A program made the translations under genes and the position numbers. The notes beneath the pieces were generated by a model. That model was not told where the DNA came from and did not search any database. It was given only the letters and a program-made list of their open reading frames with translations. A DNA stretch of 64,000 bases from Obrimoposthia wandeli (Eukaryota), in assembly GCA_977020255.1 (NCBI GenBank), contig CDROCS010000376.1:372001-436000 (forward strand), read 5' to 3'. Numbering within the stretch: position 1 is the first letter of the stretch; each line of letters opens with the position of its first letter. This document shows positions 26,733-37,723 of the stretch, one piece after another.

Positions 26733-27091
26733 TTTCTTGTGTTGTCTTTTTATTATTATTTATTTTAGAATTTAGTAATATTAAAATATACTACTTAAGT
26801 TTATTAAAATTACAAGATTAAAAGTAAAGTTTAGAATTTATTAATATTTAAATATCCTCCTTAAGTTTATTAAAATAACAAGATTAAAAATAAAGTTAAC
26901 TTATTCGAATGTGATTGGATTGTTAAGGAATAATTAAATTTTTTTAGGATTAAATATAAATGCAATGATTAGTTATATATTTATTAAACTTTCATTTGAT
27001 AAATATATTTTAATTACTTGTGATTGGATTAAAAATATCTTAAATTTATATATATAGGTTCAAATTTATTAACATCTTCATAATTAAAAAA

Positions 27092-27421
27092 ATGGAATTT
27101 ATTAAATTGCAAAGTTTGGTGACGAAGATCGAGACAAACATAAGAATAAATGAGAAGAAAGGAGACTTACGAAAGAGGATCCTCAACCAGAATTTATATA
27201 CTGCTGTCGCGACCGAGTGGAATCGTCGGGTGGAGATTCAGGACAGGCGGCTAGCAGAACGACGTCGGGTTGTGGAGTGGAACAAGAAAATCGAAATGGA
27301 AAAAAAGAAGGTGGAGGAAAAAAGAAGAGAAGAGACGGAGGATGTTCGGCGAGCAGAAAGAAAGCGAATCCTCCAGATTAAACCGGAAGAGGGTCCTTCC
27401 ACAAAAAAATTAATTTTATAG
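27092..27421 (+). CDS. Polinton accessory gene B: 109-aa charged coiled-coil protein with a SERTA/IER-like N-terminal motif
   Basis: Intact ORF with upstream GTGATTGGATT boxes (ATTGG at 26914 and 27023) and a TATATA. The LQSLVTKI..LRKRILNQNL resemblance is by eye only. Confidence 0.7.
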   Translation: MEFIKLQSLVTKIETNIRINEKKGDLRKRILNQNLYTAVATEWNRRVEIQDRRLAERRRVVEWNKKIEMEKKKVEEKRREETEDVRRAERKRILQIKPEEGPSTKKLIL

Positions 27422-27562
27422 ATTATTATTTTGTCTTTATTGATTATGTTATAAAATTGTCTAAATATTAAATTGTCTAAATACTACCTCGTCATTTTAA
27501 TAAATTTTTGATTAATAGTTTTTCGTTATAAACAACGGGATTTGCTACAAATTTGGGTAATT

Positions 27563-28051
27563 ATGCAGGAATATATCATAGATTTTGAGGCTTTCATTAA
27601 CAAAAATGGGGATTATATTATAAAAGAATTATGTATTATGGATGTATGCGACGTTTTTCATCCTTTGCATTTCATATTTCATATAGATATCCCATTTAAA
27701 AGTTTAGATTATAAGAAAAAATTTACTAATTTATATCTAACTAAATATTTCCATTTATTAAAATGGAAAGAAGGACATAAGGCTTTTTGTGAAATATGTA
27801 TTTTCGATACTATTAAATCTAATTTTGAAATTGAAAATGGAATTTTTTATGTTTTAGATGACATGGATGGCAAAAAATATAAGACTTTAAGAAAATATTT
27901 TCCTAAATTGAGGTTGAATACTTTAAATATTTCACGTGATCATCTATTAAAAATTCCACAAAATATTTCCTGTCCATATCGTAATCATGGTGACCATTGC
28001 GCATATAAAAAATGTTTAAGTCTTTCTTATTATTACTTGACATGTAGATAA
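27563..28051 (+). CDS. Polinton accessory gene C: DEDD/DnaQ-exonuclease-like protein with a C-terminal Cys/His cluster
   Basis: MQEYIIDFEAF..YIIKEL..HFIFH..LYLTKYFHLLKWKEG..CPYRNHGDHCAYKKC matches the D.E/Q.F..IKEL..H.L.W..G..C..H..CA pattern of a recurrent Maverick accessory family. Confidence 0.7.
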   Translation: MQEYIIDFEAFINKNGDYIIKELCIMDVCDVFHPLHFIFHIDIPFKSLDYKKKFTNLYLTKYFHLLKWKEGHKAFCEICIFDTIKSNFEIENGIFYVLDDMDGKKYKTLRKYFPKLRLNTLNISRDHLLKIPQNISCPYRNHGDHCAYKKCLSLSYYYLTCR

Positions 28052-28063
28052 ACAATTCTTCTA

Positions 28064-28405
28064 ATTGGAGGAATTCATTATTAAAATTTTACAATTATTT
28101 ACAAATAAGCCTTTTGATTGGAGGAATAAATTATTAAAATTTTACAATTATTTACAAATAAGCCTTTTGATTGGAGGAATAATTTTTTTTTCAACCTATA
28201 ATATATGAATAATCCTTCTCTTTAATTGGAGGAATAAAATTATTTTTTCAACTTATAATAGATAAACAATCCTTCTCTTTAATTGGAGGAATAAAATTAT
28301 TTTTTTCAACCAATAACAGATAAACAATCCTTCTCAGTGGAGGAATAAATTCAATTTTTTAATCCAATAGGAAAAGAACATGTGTGCATAAATTTTAGTA
28401 TATAA
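28064..28405 (+). promoter_or_regulatory. Tandem 53-57-bp repeats each carrying ATTGGAGGAA, plus TATA: putative pPolB promoter
   Basis: ATTGG at 28064, 28117, 28170, 28225 and 28282. CCAAT at 28310 and 28364. TATATAA at 28399, ATG at 28447. Confidence 0.65.
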
Positions 28406-28446
28406 GCAAACACTTTCTTCATTTAAATCCCCGACAATTTGAAATA

Positions 28447-31400
28447 ATGCCTATGGTAAGAATTTATTTTTCTTATTTCCTTATTAATATTTATTATTTC
28501 AGATTACGTGTAACCTATTCCCTGCGTATTGCGCTGCTTCGGCTCCGCATGGAGGAGAGTCCTGCATGGAGACAATGTCTGCATACTACCGGACAAAGTC
28601 TCAAGGTGTTCTGTTCTTCGTCTGCCCTTTCTGCAGAACAATGGAGGAGAAGGAGTTTCGAGAATTCTTCTGTGAACATCGAGCTCACCTATCGTGTTTC
28701 ACGGCCAACAACAAGAAGAGGGATATCGTCCAATTGGTGCGCGATTCGCAGGCCGCTCCAGCTCCACCTCCAATTCCAGTGGCAGTCAGTCTACCAGTTT
28801 ATGGTCCTGTCATTGGTCCTTCTCTCCCGGCTCCTGATTCTGCTGCTGCCCCATCCACTCAAATGTCTAACAATGAGTGGATGAACGACATCTCCGAGGA
28901 AGATTTTGAGGAGTTGGCACCAGCAACCCAATTCTCAAACAATGACTGGATGCGAAATATCACCCAGTCAGAATTCGAGATGGAGCAGCCTCAGTGGAGC
29001 GATAACTCATGGTTGGAGACCATCGATGAATCCAATTTCGTCGAGTCAACGGACGACAGCTGGATGGATTCCATCAATGAAGAGGACTTCATTCCAGCTC
29101 AACTTGGATTGTCATCATTAGGTATTTTTTTATTTTTTTTTGTAAATAGTAATTATATAATTTATTTTTTAATATATATATCTTATTTTTATTTTTTTAT
29201 TCAGGAAATACCGTTCTACAATCGTCATCTGCTACAACAGATATGCCTCCAATGTCGCGAGTGCCTACATTGATGTTAGGACGCCTTAGAGGTAATAATT
29301 TTTAAAAATATATTTATTTTTTAATATATTTATTTCAGCAGCACTAACCTCTAAAACAGCCGCTTCTTCATCGGCAAGGTCAGCGGTCCCTTCAACATCA
29401 GCTACAGTTGCCTCAACATCGGCAGCATCACCAATAGCAGCACCTTCAACCTCAGCTGAGTTTGTGTCAACTGCTAATATAAATAGTTGTCTTCCCGTTA
29501 AATTAGGGGGAGGTTTGTCAGCGACAAACGGAAGAAAGAGGCGAGGCCAATTTCTTAATAAGGTCCCACCCAAAAAACGTAGAGAAAACGGTGCTACTAT
29601 AGAGTATCACCTAAATAATAAATATGTTATAGTTAAGGTGCCATTAGGAAATGAAATTTTATTAAACGTAGGTGTAGATTCAAATATTGAAAATCTTTTA
29701 AAATCAGAAGTGACTAAATTAGGACAGGCTAAGGTTCAATTTTGCGCAACAGTGCAGTTTAAAAATGTCAATGAGGAAACTAAAACTTGGGTAATTTCAC
29801 ATAAAGCAACTGTTTTTTATGATAATTTTGTAACTGAAATTGGAAGAAACCTGGATGAAAAAATTGCTAATTATAGCGAGTTAAGTAGTGGATGGACTCT
29901 AGTTAGAATTCACGATGTTAGCTTTGTTCTAACAAAGTTCACTGACATGATATATCTTTCGGGGAGTTCATACATTCCTTCACCTAGATCTCTTCAACTT
30001 TCACGTTCCATTGTTAACGTACAAAACAGTGATAACCTTTGCTTTCTGTATAGCGTGTTGGCCATCCTCAAAAGGGATGTAATTACTGAGCATAGAGAGC
30101 GTGTCAGTAAATATACCCCTTTTTTAAATGAATTGCAGTATCATGGAATAGATTTTCCTGTTAAATTAACTGCGATATCAAGATTTGAACATCTTAATAA
30201 CTTGAGTATTAATGTATTCAAATATAATACTGATATCTCAGTTAATGTAACAGATGAAGAAAATTTTAAAAATCCTTTAGTAGATGTAATTTATAGGAGT
30301 AAAAATGAGGGGACTCAGGTCAACTTAATTTTTCTCGAACATAATAAAAAATTCCATTATGCTGCAATTCCCAATTTAGATCGTCTTCTAAATTTAGATA
30401 ATGGAGCCTTACCGGTTAGGATAAGGTGTAAGTGGTGTCATAGATGTTTGCATGGGTTCCGATCCGAGCTCTCTTACAGCAAACATCTGACATTATGTTC
30501 ACTGAATCCTGATGACAATACGCTATATAGCATGCCTAAGGATAAGGATTTAAAATTCAGGGATTGGGCAAAATGCATACCCGTGGAATTCAGGGTGTAT
30601 GCAGATTTTGAGTCAATTTTAGCATTGCACGACCAGTATGAGAGTATTCACCTACCGGCTTCGGCAGGACTACTATTCTTAGGCCCCAATATTACCCAGT
30701 ATCATAAATTTTCCGGTCCAAATTGTATTTTAGATTTTATGTTAAAATTAGAGGAATTAGGAACAACAATTGTCAAACCGTGGTATGATCTCAATGCTCA
30801 TCAAGCAATGATCATGACAGGCATAGACTGGGTTAATTTTAATTCTTGTAGATTATGTAATTTGTGTGGAACCCAGTCTAAGTTAGTCAGAGATTACGAT
30901 CATGTTATGGGGCGATACTTGGGAGCGGCGTGCAACCTTTGTAACCTTGGCCGTTGTCTCCCTAAAAAACCACGCATTCCCATCGTGTTTCATAACCTCA
31001 AAGGATATGATTTGCATCATATACTTAAATACGCGTTGGGTACATTAAGCTCTTGGGAAATTTCATGTATGCCTCAAACTTCAGAGAAATATTTATCTTT
31101 AACTGCATATACTGAATTCTGCAGTTTAAGATTCATAGATTCTCTGCAGTTTTTGAGCGGGTCTTTAAAAAATTTAACGGCATCTTTAAATGCATGGCCA
31201 ATTACACAGTCAGTGTTCCCAACTTCGGTTAACGATAAGGGGATTTTTCCGTATCAATTTGCGAAAATTTTCGCAGATTTAGAAAATACAACTGAAATCC
31301 CACCCATAACTGAATTTGAGGGTGTAAGTCTTCAAGACTATAATGAGGCCCGTACATTTTGGGTGAATAATTGTCGAAATCGTTTAGAATATATGCTTTA

Positions 31401-32888
31401 TTATATGAAGTTAGACATTTATCTTTTAGCTTATGTTTTTGAGTCCTTTCGTGTAAAGTCTTTAGCAGAAGATGGGCTAGATCCCATGCATTTCTTTAGT
31501 TTACCTGGTCTTTCATGGGCAACAGCAATAAAAACTCTTAAAATTAATATTGAGTTACTGCAAGATCCCGCGATGTATCAAATGTATGATTATGGTATAC
31601 GCGGTGGAATGACTTTTGTCAACAATCATCATGTTGTCAAAAGTCAATCCACGGAGATTCTGAACATCGACATTAATAATTTGTATGGGTGGGCGCTTAC
31701 TCAACTTCTTCCTCATGCCAACTTTAAGTGGGTTTATGATGAGGAAGAGTTGAATAAGTTGATGACAGATTTGGCTACTGTTGATACAGTTTCATCAGAT
31801 ATCGGCTATTTGGTTGAGGTTGACTTAACAATCCTTCCAATGTGCATGATAAATTAGATGATCTTCCAGTAGCGCCTGTTCATCAATACCCACCTAATTC
31901 AAAGGTTAAGAAATTATTGTTAACCCATGAAGACAAGTTGAATTATGTTGTGCATTGGCGGCTTCTTCAATTCTACTTAAAGTTGGGAGCGAAAGTTACT
32001 CGAATTCATCGTGCTAAAAGCTTCAGTCAAAACTTTGTGTTTAAAGACTATATTGAGAAGAATTCAAGAAAACGTAATTTGGCCACTAGCAAATTCGATC
32101 GAGATTTTTATAAGTTAAAAAGTAATAGTCTCTTTGGAAAAACTGTAGAGGACTTGCGGAAACGTATTTGTCTACGGTTTTGCAATGATGAGCGTAAACT
32201 AAAAACATATACTAGCAAGTACAACTTTAAGCGTAGTTTTACAATTGCAGATGACTTGGTAGCAGTGTTATTAGGAAAACAGAGTATTTGTCTCGATCGA
32301 CCGAGTTATATAGGTCAAACGGTTTTAGACATTTCTAAACTCAGAATGTATGAGCTTCAATACATAGAATTGGAGAAATACCGACAAGAATTTAATTGTG
32401 AGATTAAAATCGCAGCTGGGGACACTGACTCTTTCTTTTTAGAATGTAGGAATGTTAGTTTAAATAATCAATTATTACCAGCAATGTTTAGGGACAAATT
32501 ACTAGATACCCATAAATATCCCGCTAACCATCCTCTACACTCTATGAGTTTAAAGGACATTATCGGGAAATTTAAGGATGAAAGCGAGGGACAGGTTTCG
32601 TATGATGATTGTATTTTCCTACGCCCTAAATGCTACAGTTTACATGCATCTAATAATACATGGTCAATGAGAGCAAAGGGTGTGGGAAGAAACAATCTTA
32701 CACATGAGGCCTACCGGAAAGTTTATGATACTGGGTGTATTGAAAGCGTTGAGCAAACTAGATTTATTTCAAGAGCCCATCAACTGTATTCCCATAAATC
32801 AACCAAAATCGCTTTGAGTAGTAATGACGACAAGCGCTTTTGGGTAGAAAAGAACGCTAGCCTGGCTTATGGACACTTCAGAATTTAA
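28447..32888 (+). CDS. polB: Protein-primed DNA polymerase B with spliced N-terminal extension; one -1 frameshift near 31836
   Basis: Exonuclease motifs YADFES, FHNLKGYD, YMKLDIY. Polymerase motifs DINNLYG, KLKSNSLFGK, AGDTDS, LRPKCY, KG. Predicted exons 28447-28455, 28503-29121, 29205-29291, 29339-32888. The join of ORFs 29464-31857 and 31842-32888 is repaired by one extra C in atcc[c]ttcc (LTIPSNVHDKLDDLP). Confidence 0.95.
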
Positions 32889-33161
32889 ACGGTTTTCATT
32901 TTTTGATTTTTTAGTTTAGTTTTTTTAAATTTTAGATCCTTATGGCACTTAGACTCTAACTTATTTGTTATTTCAATACTTTTTAGGATGGACCTTATTT
33001 ATTATGCCTTATCTTTGCTGACATATCTCATTGTGATGTTGTGATTAATAAATGTATTAAAAAAAATTGTCTTATGTCTTTTATTATTTTACCCTTATAT
33101 TTTTAGAGATTTAAAAAATAATTCAAAATAAAACATTTAAAATTTTTATTTTTATAACACA

Positions 33162-33543
33162 CTAATCGTTTTGCAACGATAACCATAAAATACATAAATG
33201 TCCACAGTTTCTCGTCGCAGGATCCTGATATTGTATCTTGTTGTAAAATACTCTTCTTCGTCCTTTTTGAATAGTTGAAACAAGTTTGTGTGGATAATAC
33301 ATTGCAAGTGGATCAAATACATGTATTGTTCACTCTCTAACATAAATAGCTATCCAATGTTCTCCTGGTAAATTCGAAGTATGAGTATTGATAATGTAAC
33401 CTCCAGATTGAAAAAAATGGAATCATATCAATAGGATAAACTCCATTGAATTTATCACCCAGGACCTTCTCTGCTGATTCTTTTACTTGTTTTGAACTTA
33501 ATAAAAATTAATAAATATAAATTTAAAATATGTCTTACTCCAT
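33162..33543 (-). pseudogene. Adenain-type maturation cysteine protease (PRO), spliced, disrupted
   Basis: Not in the ORF track. ATG-GA micro-exon (33543-33539), 42-nt GT-AG intron (33538-33497), then MDSKQVKESAEKVLGDKFNGVYPID..GGYIINTHTSNLPGEHWIAIYVRE*TIHVFDPL..QYQDPATRNCGHLCILWL. Catalytic H, D, Q and C are present. One extra T in a T7 run (33411-33417) and an in-frame TGA (33330-33332). Confidence 0.9.
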
Positions 33544-33544
33544 T

Positions 33545-34776
33545 CTATAATATGACAGTTCTGTTTTTATTGATTTGTATTTCCGAATCAAATACTCCGT
33601 AAATAAGCACCGTAGTAGGATTTGTTAAAGCTGCATTGAACTTAATTTCTAGTCGTAAATTTCCATCCTTTGGTAGTTGGCATTGGTTTATATCAAAGTC
33701 TGGTGCCAAAACAAATGTGAAGAACGGGCAGCTGTTTTTAAATTCAGTGAAAGAAATACCATTGTTTATATTTTTATCTAGTTGACCCAAATTCCGAATA
33801 ATAGATTGGGTATAAGCCAAAGCATAAGCGTTACCTTCGAAATCTGTTTTATATGTTTCACGATAATCAGTATTTCTTGAAAGTGTCACTGAACCAACAT
33901 TGAAGATTGTCAAATTGAGTTGCATCTGTCGTATAATTTCCTAGAAACTTTGCAGTTTTTTGGAAAGAAATTAAAATGAATTTCGGTAATCTTACACCAC
34001 CAAAAATTTGATCCTTATTAAAAGCTTGTGTACCCGTACCTAAAAAATAAGATATAAGTTTAGTTTCTCTAATAGGATAACAAGCATTGTTTTTTTCCAT
34101 TCCTATATTATGTGCCATTAAAACTGATTGCTCGGTTTTAACTCTTCGAACATACAATTTTGCATCCAAAATATCAAGTCTAGGTTTTAGAATGTCCGTG
34201 CTTGTCAAAGAAAAATTCCATTTATTACGTTTCAAACGAAGATGTACATTAACACCGGGAATTAAATATTTCGGTTGTTCAAAGAAATTCAATCTCAAAG
34301 ACCCACACATTTCGTAAGCTTTAGAACCTGCAATCCATTCTTTGCGAGTTGCATCAGTTTTATCATAACCAATGGTTGCCAAATTAGTATTTTGAGTATC
34401 AGTACTATAATTCAAAAGACTTTCAATCAAAGCTTTATGAGCATAGGAAGAAATTTCCACCTTCAATTTTGACATTATTAAGAGTAACAATGGCATCATT
34501 AAATAAAGAATTAAATAGATAATTTACAGGTGTTACATCGGCATTTTCATCTAAATTAGTACCATCCCGATTTAATACTTTTATTTGAACATAAAGCAAA
34601 GTATCATTCAAATCTAAATACTCGCTATTGGAACCATTAATATTAAATTCTAAATCGGTTAAAATGGTTCCTTAAACTGAGTTAACTAGGAATATTTCTT
34701 CAAAGGAAGCATTATCTACAACTACTTGTGGAAGCGGTTTATCAAAAATACATAAATCAGTTTTGGCGCAACTCAT
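33545..34776 (-). pseudogene. Major capsid protein (double jelly-roll, hexon-like), disrupted
   Basis: MSCAKTDLCIFDKPLPQ..LEFNINGSNSEYLDLNDT..VTPVNYLFNSLF..YAHKALIESLLNY..FFEQPKYLIPGV..LAPD..GNLRLEIKF..VLIYGVFDSEIQINKNRTV is the typical Polinton MCP. One TAA (~34672) and frameshifts near 34455 and 33905. Confidence 0.9.
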
Positions 34777-35085
34777 TTTGCAAATATTGTTCCTTCAACT
34801 TTCTTACGTTTGTTTATATTAAGTTTTAGCTTCTTTTACTTTTAAATCCACTACCTCCTTGGCTTTTATTTGATTTACGTTTTCTAATCAAATTAGCAAC
34901 TTCAGGTAAAACATTATCAAGTTCATCAATTTTGATATAAATCGCCCGAGTCTCTTTAAAAGAGGAAAGGCAAATCTACCTAATGTTCTAAGCCAGCCAG
35001 ATCCGTATTGTTTACCAACAAAATATGGTAATTCTCCACCTTGTTGGCTTTGACTATAAGCTTCAATTATTGCTGGATTCGCCAT
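34775..35085 (-). pseudogene. Small Gly-rich amphipathic virion (core/membrane-lytic-like) protein, frameshifted
   Basis: YSQSQQGGELPYFVGKQYGSGWLRTLGRFAFPLLKRLG matches the conserved Polinton Y..Q.GG..F.G...G.G..L..L.R.A.P.LK peptide. The basic C-terminus KRKKVEGTIFAK* is in another frame. Confidence 0.7.
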
Positions 35086-36103
35086 TTTGTTTTCTTAAAT
35101 GTATTGTTAAACTTGTCTTGGCCCCGTACGTGAAATCTATTAGTTGTCCGGAATCATCTCTAATATTTACTTCAATATTGTTTATAGAAAAGAGAGAAAC
35201 TGGAAGATACATTGGTTGATCTATACACATACCGACAGTGTCTCCATCTCTAGTTTCATTTTTAGATATCCATATTGTTCTCAAAAGTGGAACTCGCTGT
35301 CCTCCTACAAGCGTTGGTTCTATTAAATTAGTATAAATATATAAATTATTAACAGCATTTAAATGTTTTGCCTTATTTTTAGCTTTTATGGTTTTTATTG
35401 TATGGATTTCAAAGGTATTTCTGTTTAAACCAAGGTTTTTAGCGAGTTTATCATCAAATGAAACTCGTTTTATATTGCTCTTTACTGTAAACGTTAATTT
35501 ACCATTTAATGTTTCACATTTATCCAAATATTCACTACATTCCTTCTGTATTAATTTACAGAAATTCACTTCACTATCTATTTTATAATCTTTTGAAAAC
35601 GTTTTCAGTTCCACTACAGTCTTTGGTCTCGTTTCAAGTAACAACACTTTTGCTACTCTACCAGGAACATTTCTAACTGAATTAGATGAGATAATATCCC
35701 GTTTATTACGAGCTACTGTTTGTTCACTATCAAAACTGAATTGAAGAGCTTCTTTTTTAGATTCAAAATTAATTTTAATAACTTGAAGAAATTTTAATCG
35801 ATTTTTAAATCTGACTTTGTTATTTTCAAATATTACTTTCACTTCTTTATCTATACAATTGTAATAGAATTGTCCTTTACTATCAAACCCGATAACAACT
35901 TCAGTTGTTTTTTCATGATCAACTTCTTTTGTAAACGAAATATGTGAGTTTTTTTGATAGTAATTGGAGAATAATAAAAAGAAAATTCTGTTAAAGCCGC
36001 TTCCCATAGAATTTTCCCAATCGATAATAAAGCTACTAGCGTCATTATCTGGTTGAGTCTTCGGACATCCGTTACTTGGTAAAACCATATACATAGAATT
36101 CAT
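35063..36103 (-). CDS. Minor capsid protein (penton-like)
   Basis: N-terminal YMVLPSN..P.N..SF and C-terminal LYIYTNLIEP..VG..VPLLR..MYLPV..IEVNIRDDSG..F..G..LTIHL. The conserved WEAALTEFSF lies in another frame, indicating a compensated double frameshift. Confidence 0.85.
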   Translation of the reverse strand: MNSMYMVLPSNGCPKTQPDNDASSFIIDWENSMGSGFNRIFFLLFSNYYQKNSHISFTKEVDHEKTTEVVIGFDSKGQFYYNCIDKEVKVIFENNKVRFKNRLKFLQVIKINFESKKEALQFSFDSEQTVARNKRDIISSNSVRNVPGRVAKVLLLETRPKTVVELKTFSKDYKIDSEVNFCKLIQKECSEYLDKCETLNGKLTFTVKSNIKRVSFDDKLAKNLGLNRNTFEIHTIKTIKAKNKAKHLNAVNNLYIYTNLIEPTLVGGQRVPLLRTIWISKNETRDGDTVGMCIDQPMYLPVSLFSINNIEVNIRDDSGQLIDFTYGAKTSLTIHLRKQNGESSNN

Positions 36104-37128
36104 ATTATATTAGATGCTGATATCCAAGTTGGGTCTGAATAACCATGCCATTTAACAAAGTATTGTTTATGTTTACCTGTACCCTTAGATTTTAATATTT
36201 TTTGAATACGGTAAACGCTAGGTTTATTTGATATTACTTGTAGTTCTTGCTCGTAAAATTTACCGTGAACGATATTATTGTCAGCATCTTTAATAGTATA
36301 CATTATTGGATTACTCTTTTGATCAATTTTACTTATACAAAATATTTCATCGCTCCAATTCTGATCAAAGTTTTTAATAAATGGAGTAGAGCTAATTTTC
36401 GAAATTCGAACATATTCGTTTTTCTTATATTTAGATTTTTTAATTTTAGATTTTTTATTCCTGTTCATCCAAATGTCCATAGAGTTTTTATTAGTAACAT
36501 CAACAGGTCTCATTCCCTTGAGACCTCTATGTTCAGAGTGATTATATGCATGTATTATTTTAGGTAAAACTTGGATCCATTTTTTATTTCCTTCTTTTGT
36601 GAAATACTTTTTTATTCGATCTCTTAGAGTACGATTAAATCTTTCTACTACTGCTGCTTTGTATTGGGAAAACACAGAGTAATGATTTATATTATTTTGT
36701 TTAAATAATGATTGAACTTGCTTATTATAAAATTCTTTTCCTAAATCAGTTTGCACATTTTGTGGAATGTCCTCTTTTAATATTTCTTTAATGGCTTCAA
36801 GCATAGCTATTGAAGACTTTGCTTTAACTGGAATTGCACGAGCAAACCTGCTAAATACATCAATACATGTTAAAATATATCGATATCCCTTATTAATGGA
36901 AGAATATGGGATCATCTCCATCAAATCCATTTGCCATAAATTATTAGGACCGCTGGTTTTGTAAGCTCTAGTTGGAAACCTTCTTCTCATCGGCTTGTTC
37001 AGGCTGTAGGCTAACTGGTCGCTCAGCCATTTCTGCGTTTTCTTGTAATTTTGTTTTGTTCTTTTTGCTAATTTTGAAACTCCTGTGTAGCCAATTGGAT
37101 CTTTTGGATTGAACCATATCTTCTCCAT
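36100..37128 (-). CDS. int: RVE-family integrase with C-terminal chromodomain, intact (342 aa)
   Basis: WQMDL, QTDLGKEF and AAVVERFNRTL (D-D-E). C-terminal YRIQKILKSK..QYFVKWHGY..TWI chromodomain. ATG at 37128 (MEKIWF) is supported by the homologue at 5530. Confidence 0.95.
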   Translation of the reverse strand: MEKIWFNPKDPIGYTGVSKLAKRTKQNYKKTQKWLSDQLAYSLNKPMRRRFPTRAYKTSGPNNLWQMDLMEMIPYSSINKGYRYILTCIDVFSRFARAIPVKAKSSIAMLEAIKEILKEDIPQNVQTDLGKEFYNKQVQSLFKQNNINHYSVFSQYKAAVVERFNRTLRDRIKKYFTKEGNKKWIQVLPKIIHAYNHSEHRGLKGMRPVDVTNKNSMDIWMNRNKKSKIKKSKYKKNEYVRISKISSTPFIKNFDQNWSDEIFCISKIDQKSNPIMYTIKDADNNIVHGKFYEQELQVISNKPSVYRIQKILKSKGTGKHKQYFVKWHGYSDPTWISASNII

Positions 37129-37214
37129 TACAACAATTTGAATAGAAAGAAAATTTAAGTTTAGGTAAAGAAGGGCTAGCACCCATATCTTTAGCTGGTT
37201 TTAGAAATAATTGT

Positions 37215-37544
37215 TTATGAACGTGTCGCAGCTATAATACTACTGATAATTGAAGCAACAACTGGAATAACAGCCCCTATGAAACCACCATTATGTTTAA
37301 GAATAATATTTCGTTTTCTTTTTTTACTTTTTACATTAGCAATATCTTGAAGAGGTTTTCTATATTTCTTTAATATATTTTTCCGATTTCCAACTTTAAC
37401 TCGACCCAAAACTATATTATACAAAACTTCCAATAAATCATCTACAACAAAGGATGGAAATGCTTTAAGAATAATCATTCTCTTATTAGAAGAGGCTTTG
37501 ACTAAAGCTTTAAAATAGGGTATGCTTCTTTGTATTTTCTTCAT
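37215..37544 (-). CDS. Small basic conserved Polinton protein with GG-F motif and hydrophobic C-terminus (putative virion core/cement)
   Basis: LLEVLYNIVLG..LKKYRKPL..KRKRNIILKHNGGFIGAVIPVVASII matches the recurrent Polinton E..N.L.G..L..YK..L..KR..L.Q.GGF family. Confidence 0.75.
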   Translation of the reverse strand: MKKIQRSIPYFKALVKASSNKRMIILKAFPSFVVDDLLEVLYNIVLGRVKVGNRKNILKKYRKPLQDIANVKSKKRKRNIILKHNGGFIGAVIPVVASIISSIIAATRS

Positions 37545-37723
37545 TTTAATAAAAAAGGTTTAATTTAAATATTGTTTATATTCGAAGCCATTTAAGTTTT
37601 TTTTTATTTTTAACTACAGATTTGATTAATTTTTTAACTTCTTTTTTCTTAATGATTCTTTTTTTTGATTTCTTAGATTTTACTTTACGTTTTACTATCA
37701 ACTTTGTAAAAGGCATTGCGAAT

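Noticed and set aside
24621-29600. LxCxE (Rb-binding) motif expected of an oncoprotein-like early gene
   Set aside because: Not found by eye in genes A, B, C or the pPolB extension; the nearest is ESCME, which lacks the Leu.
31825-31860. Programmed -1 ribosomal frameshift in pPolB
   Set aside because: There is no slippery heptamer or evident downstream structure. A single lost C restores the conserved peptide, and neighbouring genes have similar lesions.
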